Shown here: positions 10,575 to 23,576 of the stretch, one piece after another | Numbering within the stretch: position 1 is the first letter of the stretch | Layout: every line of letters starts with the position of its first letter | Source: Lingula anatina | Lineage: Eukaryota; Animalia; Brachiopoda | Assembly (NCBI GenBank): GCA_051362555.1 | Contig: CM120641.1 | Location: forward strand, 45,080,401-45,144,400 | Direction of reading: 5' to 3' | Length of the DNA stretch: 64,000 nt | The notes under the pieces: generated by a model | Databases searched by the model: none | Seen by the model: only the letters and a program-made list of their open reading frames with translations | Told to the model about the DNA's origin: nothing | Program-made: the position numbers and the translations under genes

Positions 10575-13500
10575 TAACCACCCAACCTATGCTCCCTCTA
10601 AAAAATAGGGGGAGAAAGATGGAAAAGATTTGGGTTTGTCACTCCATCTGTTTGAATGCCTACTTTTGTGAAAGACTAGTTTTGAGTGTCAACCCTAACC
10701 TTAGTTTTATTAGGTATAATTTTTGGCATAAGCTACCTTTTTTTAATTGTTTTGATGTTACAGTTTGCATCTAATAGATTTTCTTCTGTACTGTGCTTTG
10801 CACCGGATGTTTAATTTTACAAGAATTATGATCTGTATGAATGTATGTACGTGATATTAGTAGTCAGTCAGTCTATGTCATGTTGGGCAATAACTGATAG
10901 TGAGCAGCCATTAATTTGCTGGGCGCTTCAGGGTTTTTGTTAGATCTGGGCTCTGTTTCACAAAAAGTCTAAATGGTAGACTGCTAAAATTGGATAGCTG
11001 ACTACATAAAGTTGTTATTGCCATATTAGTCGACTAGGAGCATTTTATTAGCAATTGTGCTGTTTAACAAGGTAAGGCCTTCAAGATTCATAGGGAAAGC
11101 AACTTTGTTGACTTAAGACTTTTTGTGAAACGGGACCCAGTGCTTGTGAATAATGCTTTATGATGGAAATAGGTTGTACTATATTATTAACATTGGGTTT
11201 TGAAAATTGCAGCGGGGCTGGCTGGCACTCCAGCAAGTGCACCTTGTGTATGTCCAATAGCAAGTGTGTTGTGAGTGTTATCACATCTTGCTTTATTTCA
11301 CTGTCAAACCCACATTCTTTCCACATTGTAGCAGCACTACCAGCACAAGCGATGATGAAGCCAGTAATTCTCACAGTGGCAGCTTAGACGGGGACAGTAA
11401 TGCCAAAATTGACAGCAGCAACAGTAGCAACAACAGTGACAATAAAAATGACAAGAAATCTGATAGTTCTGAAGAATATGCTACTGCTTCAGATCATAAA
11501 GGCAGTGGCTCTGCTGCAAGTGATGATGAGGATGAGGAGGAGGATTATTTGGATGATGATGATGTGTTTGAGGAGCCAGTGAGCAAGTAGCTATCCCACC
11601 TGACTTGATTGCCTGCCTTGTACCTGCCTAATAGAGCATGTTTGACTTGGAAGCTTCTACACAATACAAAATACACCCAAAACATTTAATCGAGACATTT
11701 TGCCATCAGCATGTTTTACTAATTTAACAAATTTATATAATTTCTACTATTTTTACTGTGCTTAATTTCTTTATGTTAACTTACAGCATGGATTTTAATT
11801 TGGTTCAAGACTAACTTGGCATAATACTATTTTTAGAAAATCATCATGAATCTAATTTTGTTTCTGTAAATCTGTTTCAGATACACATTCACAATATTTT
11901 TTATCTTCCTGTTGTCTTGTTTAGCTCTTTGCTTCTATAGTTATGTTGCACACACACAACACATACTCAAACAATCACCACCACAGAATAGATGCTGAGT
12001 TAATATCCCCACTAGCTTACAACCTCCATGCAAATGATTTTACTGACTTGATACATAATGCCAGTCACTTCTACAATAGATTGTTCCTATAGGTACAACC
12101 AGTCACTTACTAACTCCATTCCATCAATTCCAATACATCTTCAAGGCACCAGTCACCACTGTTGATAACACTAACACAACCAAATTGGCACCAGTCACCA
12201 CTGGTGATAACACTAACACAACCAAATTGGCACCAGTCAGTCACTAAATGACACCACTAACTCCATGGTGTTAGTTAGCTTAGTCAGTTGGCTTGACATT
12301 TACTACCGCTACTTGCTCAGACTCTGACTCCTCTGGCTTTTGTACTGTACACCCTGTACATTAGTTGTGTGGTGTGTGCTTGGTTATTGTTAACCCCCCT
12401 CACATTATCTCTTTCTGCAGGTCTTGTTTGATATAATGCTACTCATGGTTTGGGCCTGCCATCATACGTATACACAGCTATGCAGGGCTTCCAAGTATGC
12501 TACTGCTATCATGTGTGATAAACCAGCAGCTATATATATGTGTATATCATGGCTGTCATGTGGTGGCTGTAATCTATGGTGTAAGCACTAATATTAAGCT
12601 ACTTGTTTCTATAGCTCTCGGCTACAGGCACTAGAAGACAGACAAGCAGATATTGAATATGACCTGAGGTGCATTATGGAAAAACAAGGTAATACACTAT
12701 TTTGGTTTTGTGTGGACATCTTTAAATATAAATGCTAAACGCATAGGCACAAAATACCCCAGTGACATTAAAAGTGTCATTAATTGAGAGGTTGATCCTG
12801 TATTTGATACTTTTCCCTAAATATGCACTTAATTCAACCTGTTCATTCATTCAAAACACTGTACCCATTGGTAGATTGCAGATATGCTGGGTTTAATGAT
12901 TTGAACATGGCACATTTTAAATAAATCTTTACAAATCAGTCCCCAAACTCACTTCATTTTGATACAAAAAAATTGACCGTTGTTCTAAAATTCAAAGTTG
13001 AATTTTTTTGTTTGAAGGAATTATCAAAGCAAACCATATGTTAAATGGAGTATTTCAAAATTTAGCACACATCTATACATATGTAATTGCTGATATTTCT
13101 TTGTATGTCTTATTATGTTACTTAATTTCAATATAATTTTACATGTTGAATTGTCAGTGGAAGTATTTGATGCCTGATGTTTTACTTGTGATCCTTGTTA
13201 GTACTGGTCTTTGTATGTTTGAGTCAGTTACTGCTGCAATTCATGTTAACAATCTTTAAAAACATTTGTATCTTTTACTAGAGCATGTAAAGACTGACAG
13301 TGACAAACAAAAAGAAGAAGAACTACTGGCTGAGCTGGTACAAGTTGTGGAAGAGAGAAGCAGGGTTGTTGATACTATGGAAGAGGACAGGATAAGGTAG
13401 ACATTCATGTTTCCATGGGTCTGTTTCAAAAAACATTTTTGTAAAACCAAGTATAAATTCTGTCTTAATAAAGACTGTTAGAAAAATTTGTGCCGACTAA

Positions 13501-14049
13501 GTTGCATACTTGCATTCCTCAAAAGGTCTTAACCGAATTTCTTGAAAAATAGTGGTAACTTCATAGTTTTTATTTCCATCTTTTTCTAGGGCTGAAGAAG
13601 AAGATAAAGAAATTGAGGTTGTTTTGAGTGAGAAAGGTAAATTGATTTCATGTTTTTATCATGCTCATTTAGATTTATCAGTTTATTCATTTGATAGAAC
13701 TCATGTGATATTCAATGTGGGTACTTTAAAATACTAAAGGTACTCACATAAAACTAATTAACACGAGTAATCTGCTCCCGACAGTAGGACTGTTCACAAT
13801 GAATTTGGTCTACTGTTAACTCCACTTGGACTCTTGCTGAATGTAATCCTTCCTCCTGGCATTGAGTATAATATAGAAAAGCAGGTGATTATATCTCTGA
13901 AATAAGAGGAGGCTTGATTGCATTGATTTATATGTAGATATAATATTTTTGGAATTCCAGGGCTTAACACAGGCAGTCCAGAGAAGGAAAAGGATAAGAA
14001 GAAAAAGGAAAAGAAAGATAAAAAGGGAAAGAAGGGAAAGAAGAAATAA
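4076..14049 (+). CDS. MICALL: MICAL-like protein (MICAL-L1/L2 family; LIM-type fingers, NPF motifs, C-terminal bMERB Rab-binding domain); 5' exons incl. the expected CH domain not found in window
   Basis: Phase-compatible GT-AG exons 4076-7804, 8107-8227, 9976-10078, 12615-12688, 13282-13396, 13590-13636, 13961-14049 (TAA). The large exon opens PSSDKKSSTLSDRCALCDGKVYLLERQIVDGHSYHRTC (LIM finger), in frame with ORF 4478-7825, and has three NPF motifs and Pro-rich tracts. Small exons give bMERB signatures ELEVEGRELENKIR, LLSQWFELVNKKNRMVRRESEIIY, LEDRQADIEYDLRCIM, EEELLAELVQVVEERSRVVDTMEEDRIR. Ends KKKKEKKDKKGKKGKKK*. AATAAA near 14208 and 15541. Confidence 0.88.
8708..8814. repeat. (ATT)n microsatellite in a MICAL-like intron
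   Basis: About 35 near-perfect ATT units; explains the poly-Ile ORF 8677-8895. Confidence 0.97.
10453..10571. repeat. (CA)n-rich compound microsatellite
   Basis: CA runs interrupted by two copies of atgcacattcg(t/c)gtgcg. Confidence 0.95.
10946..11140. mobile_element. Short non-autonomous DNA transposon (MITE, Harbinger-like termini)
   Basis: Terminal inverted repeats ctgggctctgtttcacaaaaagtct ... agactttttgtgaaacgggacccag (23/25 match), about 195 bp, no ORF. Related degenerate ends at about 13417, 39467-39648 and 44930-44947. Confidence 0.75.
11332..11590 (+). CDS. Candidate alternative (cassette or terminal) exon of the MICAL-like gene encoding a Ser/Asp/Glu-rich segment
   Basis: Acceptor ...cattctttccacattgtag|c is phase 2 and matches the phase-2 donor at 10078. 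Open purine-rich frame STTSTSDDEASNSHSGSLDGD...DDEDEEEDYLDDDDVFEEPVSK*, with composition unlike the flanking intron. Confidence 0.6.
12145..12239. repeat. 42-bp intronic tandem repeat (about 2.3 copies) carrying ACTAAC motifs
   Basis: ggcaccagtcaccactg(t/g)tgataacactaacacaaccaaatt x2 plus a partial third copy; degenerate ccagtcac units at 12061 and 12099. Confidence 0.9.
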
Positions 14050-16343
14050 TGCCACCACCAAGCTATTGATTGTCAATATGCAATGCTTGATACTTTTCTT
14101 TTAACATTGGACCACACCAAATGAAGTTAATTGCCATTCTTATCAATTTTTCTATTAGTCTGTGCCTTATGTCTGTAAAGTTAACATTCTGATAAACTTG
14201 CATTTGAATAAATAAATTTTATTGAAATGTTTTAAAGAGTAGGAGCAATTAGCACAATTAATCGTGATACATTTTTGTTGCTTTTCTTGTAATGTTTAAT
14301 CTCAACTAGTATTCATTCATCCTATTCACTATTTTTAAACATGTTTTCAAAATCTTTTCAAGATTTAAATGTTTTAAACATGGCATATTTCAAACGATGA
14401 AAACGGTATGAAATACGACTGTGTTTTACAACTTGGAAGTTCAGTCCCTATTCCTTTGACAAATTTTGTTAAAAACCATTGTTATTGTTGTTGTGGTTGG
14501 TTTATATATGTACCTGTTATAACCATTTGTTCACCTTGTGTAAATAGACACATTATCATAGGTGATGATTCTATACCCTTTATCACCACTGGGATTTATC
14601 AGTCGTCTTTCAGTTTGTATTTGCAAACATCTTAAAGTTGTAGCTTAATTGTATCTTAAACATCTATGTTGCTTTTGTTAAGGGCAGGTTGAAGAAGTGA
14701 AATAATATGGTTAAAGGGATTCAAAGCAAATGCATTATGCCATTATATATATATTAGCTTTTGGTTTTTATTTAGTCCAGGAAATGTTTTGGTAAATGAG
14801 AAAATGTGCAATATTTAGTTAGCCAACATGATTTAAATAGGGTGTGGGGTTTTGGTATACTTTTATGTAACCACTGCCAGTACTAATTTTTTTTTTTTTA
14901 ATATAAAGCAAAATAAAATAGCATAAATATAGCACCATATTTAATAGTGCATTCATTTGTACATTTTAATCCCTTTTTTATATTAAAAAAATTCAAGCTA
15001 CAACTTGGTGCTTTGAGTGTTAAGACATGATTGTACATTTTTAGTCTTATTTGATTGTTTATAATTGCAAGAGAACCATGGCAGTTTGAATTTTTCTGGG
15101 TGCTTATCTGTAGTTAAACTAAAAAGGCTGCATTAGAATTGTTCTTGGCAAGTACAAGCAATGTCTACAGCCTCCCCTCCCCCCTCCCATATTTGTATGA
15201 ATACAACATACCAATACCTCAAAAATATATGCTGGCTATGGAAAGTTTCGTTTAAATTGAAGCTCATCCTCTCCTCATTCATCATTTGGGACTATAAAAA
15301 CCTAATCAGAACGGTCCATTAGGTATATGTAAGGTGCACGGTAGTCACATTCAAAGAAGACAAAAACATTCTAGATTTAAACACATTTAATATGTTATTG
15401 TACTTCAAAATGGCAAAAAATGGTATGTAATGATATATATATATATATTTTACAAATGTGATTTTATGTTAACATTGAAATTCATATTTTATGCTTTTAA
15501 AAATTTAGCAGTTATCTGCTTTACATTATTTTTATGAAGCAATAAATGTTATTTACTGTTTAAAATGGCATTTTTAAAAGTTTTCAAATTTTCTTATTTT
15601 TAACACCATCACAAGTTTTAAAAAAAACACCCTTACTTGCCAGTAAACATTACATAGTACTGTTTTGAAGGATAATAATAAATAAATAAAATTTATAATA
15701 AATAATATATAAAGCAGTCATCATTTTGCAATAAAGTTCACGTGTCATGATGTTTCTCACATCAAAATGTCATTGCAAATATAATTAAATACAGTGACTG
15801 TTTTGTTGTACCCAGGAGTTCTAGGGTAGTTTCACAAGTAAACTTCAGACTGAAAGAGGTCTTAACTTCTAGGCCTTGTTCAATTCAAATCCAAATCCAT
15901 AGTAATCCATTAAAATATAGAAGCTAAAAAAAGTTCTATCAATGTCAAAAACACTAAAACATTTGGTGGAAGTTGGGGCCTATTTTAATTCTCCAGTTCT
16001 TTTGTGAAATTTACTGGAATGACTCAATCTTGTAAATGGTGATAATCGTGGATTTTAAAGATATTGCATTTTTTAAAAAGCATAATTTCTTTTAATTAGA
16101 ACATTCCCATTGAGTGGTAGCAACATATTGAATAGTAGGCTAGCCTGTAGTTCTGTTCTTTACAGGAAAAGCACCACTAATGCAAGAAAGGGTAATGAAT
16201 GTTAAAGATTCCAAAATTAAGTATCTGAAAAGATGACAACATTTCCCATTGAAAAGATTGAGTCATGACCATGTATAATTTATTCTGGTTTAAACCATCA
16301 TTTCTTAAACATCAAGACCTGGATGTTTAGTACAATCAAATGA

Positions 16344-18975
<2,632 letters not shown>

Positions 18976-18985
<10 letters not shown>

Positions 18986-19100
18986 TTTGAAGCTTTCTCG
19001 ATGTCAAGGGATGTCACGTGATTAATACCTTAATGCGCACGCCTCACCGGCTCCGTAAAGCAGACGAAATTTAGTCGCATGCACCGGTCACAAGCACATT
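18976..19100 (-). promoter_or_regulatory. CpG-rich proximal promoter region of the EVG1-like gene
   Basis: YY1-like AAAATGGCCG over the ATG, extended E-box GTCACGTGAT at 19013-19022, NRF1-like TGCGCACGC at 19034-19042, local CpG rise. Motif assignments are inference. Confidence 0.5.
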
Positions 19101-19127
19101 GCTGATGTGTGCACTATTCATTAATAA

Positions 19128-19897
19128 GAGGGTAGGAATATCCTTCCTTGATCACCAATCACCAAGATTAAAACTGCTCAATCACCAACAAGGTAGGCCT
19201 ATATTCAGGCCAATCCCCAATCACCAAGAATAGACCTATTCGGTACTTTTGTAGTATACCCCCCCACCCTGTAACTTCCTGAAACTTTCATTTTCAAACA
19301 TCTTTTTACTTTGTCTTTTTCACCTATGTCAAAGCTGTTAAAATAAAATATTTTTGTAATTACCTGTGGTCTTTTTATTAGCTTTAGTCACGTTTAATCC
19401 ACCCCATTGAAATACAATGTGAAAATTTACAATGTACCTGCAGTCAATAACTTGCCGCGTTTTCGTTGGCTAACTCTACCTTATTTTATGTGAACATAGT
19501 ATTGATACATTGTATACTTGGACTTCCTCTGTGAAATTATTATGAGCTACTTGTTCACATAAAATTACCTTAGAGTTAGCCAACGAAAACGCGGCAAGTT
19601 ATTGACTGCGGGTGTAAATTGAAGATTCTAACATTGTATTTCAATGGGCTGGATTAATCGTGATTAAAACTAATAAAAAGTCCACAGGTAATTACAAAAG
19701 CATTTTATTTCAACAGCTTTGACATAGATGAACAAGAAAATGTAAAAAACTGTTTGAAAAGTGAAAGTTACAGAAAGTTACAGGGTGGGGGGGCCTACCT
19801 GAATCACGTTTAACACGCAGAAATTGGGCTCAAATAACGCATCACGCTCGAAAAATAAGGCCAATCACGAGGAACGCAAAAGGTATTCCCTACCCTC
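19128..19897. mobile_element. Composite non-autonomous DNA transposon: outer MITE with TAA target duplication enclosing a ~550-bp foldback element
   Basis: Outer TIRs gagggtaggaata ... tattccctaccctc flanked by TAA(TAA) on both sides, with internal AATCAC direct repeats. Inner inverted arms at about 19251-19501 and 19548-19798 (e.g. cagtcaataacttgccgcgttttcgttggctaactcta / tagagttagccaacgaaaacgcggcaagttattgactg). Confidence 0.85.
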
Positions 19898-20635
19898 TAA
19901 TAATAATGTTTATCTACCAAGCATTAGGCCTATATGGGTAAATCTAGACCAAAGATTTGGGTGTGTTGGTGGAGGCATGTAGGCCCTATAGCTATTCTGC
20001 AGCTGTTATAAAACTGACTATTAAAGTGTAGGCTAATAGGTAGGCCTAGTCCTATTCATATTGATCAAATTTACAAAAAATTAATTGAAAATAGATTTTA
20101 AATCACACACATTTGTATTTCTGACTACTAAAAAGAAATAATTTCGTATTTATAATTGTAGGGTTAATTCCGTTAGGCCTGAGTAGGGGCCTATCTTTTA
20201 CTTAAAAACTAAATGCTTTTGGCGACTGATTTTAAACAGGTTATGTGCGTTAATAAAGTGTTGAAAGTATTGTCGAAAAAATTCTATACATTTAACCTTC
20301 CCCAATAAGCAAAAATATTTCCCTTGTGTTCATTTGCAGTGCAATTTGGGCCAAAAATAGGCCTTCATTTTCTTGAAAACTCTTGCGTTATTTCCATGTA
20401 GGCCTACCTTTGGAATAGGCCTACAAATGCTTCGGCGAACCGCTTAATAAGCCTTACCCCATTTTAGGGTCTGTATCAGAATCGGCTTATACGCTACATC
20501 TGTCGGTTCTCACTGCTATCAACAATCCTACGCCATGAAATGGTGTAAGAACCAACTGTTTTCACCCCTTATTTAGTCCCTTCTGAAATTATCATCTGCA
20601 AAAGGGTTAGTTCGAATTCGTGTATTCTGTAAAAA

Positions 20636-22124
20636 ATGAAGGGATTGATACTGGTTTTGGTTTGTGTTTTCGTGGTGGTTTCGGTTGAAGGTAAGTGTTG
20701 TTCACTAGGCCTATGTTTATTGATTTTTTCTTCTTAAATTTTAATGTTATTTACACATATAAACTATTAAAGTATCCTCAGATATTGATAGGCCTATAGG
20801 CCCAGTAGGCCTAAAATCTCTCTTTTTCTCTGCACTTAACCATAAGGACGATTTTTTTTTCAGCCGCCACAGTTTGCGGCCCAATATGTAAGATGTTCTG
20901 CATTAATGGGTTTGTAAAAAATGAAGACGGTTGTCCGATATGCAAATGTGAGTTGCGAGCTGTATGACCTGATTACTTATTTGGTTACTGCCCATACAAA
21001 GAAAATATGATAAATGTACATGTACATTTATGTTAATTACAGGAAATCATAAATTTGCATTTATGAAATCAAACGCATAAAGTATAAACGCATAAAGTAA
21101 AGTATAAAGCATAAAGTAAAAAAAAAAAAGTAGGCCTATACCCATCCGCAAAGCGCAAAGAGTGGAAGATTTTGACATGATAAGAAGAAACACGTCTAAT
21201 AAAAGGCTTTTTGGTAATGATATTATTTGATTTTAACGGTATTTTTCAAAAAATTCCAGGCAATTCCATTCCTAAACCTGAAGTAAACGCATGTGGTCCA
21301 ATGTGTAAAATGTTCTGTCGTTATGGGTACGTAAAGGACGACAACGGTTGCTCTCTGTGCCAGTGTAAGTTAAAAAACACTCCATTTTAAAAAAACGTAA
21401 ACACTTGTATTTTGTATCATGCACTGTATTTTGTGGAAAAGGCAAATTACCAGCATAAATTAAGCTTTGGGATGCCCTTCGATGTCTGCAGGAAAATCGT
21501 GGTGTTAATTTAAGAATATTTCATTAAAAATCAAGTAAAATGCTAGTCCTTATTGTAATATCTGCTGTTCGAGTACATGTATAATTCGTTAATTCTCCCT
21601 GTAATTTTTATACTTTCATTTTATTTGGTTCTGGGTTTGGTAATCAAGTCTACCGACAACATTGCAACTTAAACTTAACCCGTACATGAGACGCAATCTT
21701 AATACAAAATATATAAAATCAATCTTTTCTTTTATTTAATAAAGGTAACCCTGCACCAAAATGCCCAGCTGTGTTGTGCCTGATTAAGTGCACGAACGGA
21801 TTATTGAAGGACGAGCAGGGCTGTCCTACCTGTGCCTGTGGTGGGTAGTCGTTTGCCTAGCCAGTTTCAGAGTCGATGAGGGGCAACTTTTTTATTTTCA
21901 CATTTCAAGGAGTTTAAACTTTGTTACTCATCTATAAATCTACTTCCATAGAAAAATGTACATCAATTATGACCGAATCTCAGTACCTTTGCCGTAAAGC
22001 AATTAAAACCATCTAATATTTAAATTCCATTAAAAATCTTTACGTCTTATTACCAGTTTTATAGACCGTGTTGTCTGTATATTATTTCTATTCTATTTCA
22101 GCTGATCCCGATATTGGAAAATAA
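20636..22124 (+). CDS. Secreted three-domain antistasin-like serine protease inhibitor (gene A)
   Basis: Exons 20636-20690 (signal peptide MKGLILVLVCVFVVVSVE), 20864-20947, 21260-21364, 21745-21840, 22102-22124, all phase-1 introns. Domains CGPICKMFCINGFVKNEDGCPICKC, CGPMCKMFCRYGYVKDDNGCSLCQC, CPAVLCLIKCTNGLLKDEQGCPTCAC fit the antistasin pattern C-x3/4-C-x3-C-x10-C-x2-C-x-C. AATAAA at 22188. Confidence 0.92.
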
Positions 22125-23202
22125 ATCCTTCAATCTAACCATTCTGATGATATTCGGAATACAGGAATTTGAGGTGTATTTTTGCTCAATAAACTTTAAA
22201 CAAAAGAAGACTTATCAAATCATTCTAACTTTGTCTGTAACGAATGTCATCCAATCTTTAATGATTTAATCGTTTGTGTGATGTGATTCTGTGTACAAGG
22301 AGATAATTATATAGCGCTTGTAAAACTACACCAGTAAACAATGATCTTTGGAAAAGTTTCAAACCACAGCATGTACAAAGTACGCACAGACAATATATGG
22401 AGAGAGAGAGAGCGAGAGAGAGAGAGCGAGAGAGAGAGTATTAGCTTATTGCCGAAATAAAACGTTTTCAACTGACACAGCGGTACGATGAAAACATATT
22501 GGGCCATGATTATTATTGGGCCACATATTATTTTGTCCATGATTAGACAAATTAAAATAATTTACAACACGCTGTCTTAAAACTAAACTCAACTCAACAC
22601 AGGTTTACTTGAAACTAAAAAATTAATTGTTGTACAGTATATGAAAACCTTGAAAGACAGTACTGTACACAATATTGCAAGCTAACTAGCAATCCTTGAG
22701 ATTTATGTCCGACATAGGCCTACACGTGTGGAAGTACTGGTTTGTACATTGTATGCTTTTAAAACTCATAAACTTATCAAAGGCAAAAACTCTCCTCGGC
22801 TGATAAAGTAAGAAGAAGCCCTAAAATAATTAACATTGAAAACACGCAGGCACACGAAGAAGTTGGTGAAACTTGACGTGGCTTTAGATAATAAATTAGA
22901 TTGCTTCGCTACCCGAGTCCGCGGGAGTGACAACAATAAAGAGCTCGTGGCCTTATCGTCTATTTAAATGAATGTCCCAGGTGTGTATTCCAAGGAACTG
23001 TGCACACTCCCGGAGCGGTATCGTATTGCTTCAAAAGAATATTTACCGATTGAAATTTCTGAGACGTAGAAAGGATAATTGACTCGTGGTATATAGACAT
23101 CTCAGCTCCAGGTTTCGCCAGAACTGCGACCGTCTTTTAGCCGCACGTTGATATCAGACGACGCTCATTGTATTTGCTAAGTGATTATTTCAAGAAAAAA
23201 AG

Positions 23203-23538
23203 ATGATCTGCTTGAATTTGGCGTTTCTTTTAGCAACTGCTGCCTTTGCCCGAGGTAGGTCCATTATAGTTTAAGAGGCTGCGATTTTAAACCTTATATT
23301 TAAGGTGTTGTTAAGCTGAAAGTCTTAAAATATAACTTATGTTTTATAGTAAATTGAATCTTTGGAATTTCGTTAGTTTATTTTTCCATATACAAAATTT
23401 TGCCCTAGAATAATTTCAAATAAAAAGAACTTATTTGATGAAATATTTCATCGTCTTATTTTATTTACAACTTAAGGCACTTTAATTTGTAAAATAATAT
23501 CGTCAGTAATCAAGTCCTATGTACACGCGTCTTAGAAT

Positions 23539-23576
<38 letters not shown>

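Noticed and set aside
8677-10774. Poly-Ile and His-Thr repeat ORFs
   Set aside because: Translations of (ATT)n and (CA)n microsatellites; the same applies to the ER/LS, HT and CV ORFs at about 28310-28710, 49640-49920 and 55620-55900.
12093-12247. Mucin-like peptide repeat APVTTVDNTNTTKL as a coding exon
   Set aside because: The acceptor at 12092 opens this frame only in phase 1, incompatible with flanking phases; better explained as an intronic motif repeat.
12421-12436. Alternative terminal exon ending in a CaaX box
   Set aside because: The phase-2 reading gives MSCLI*, with Cys third from the end, so it is not CaaX.
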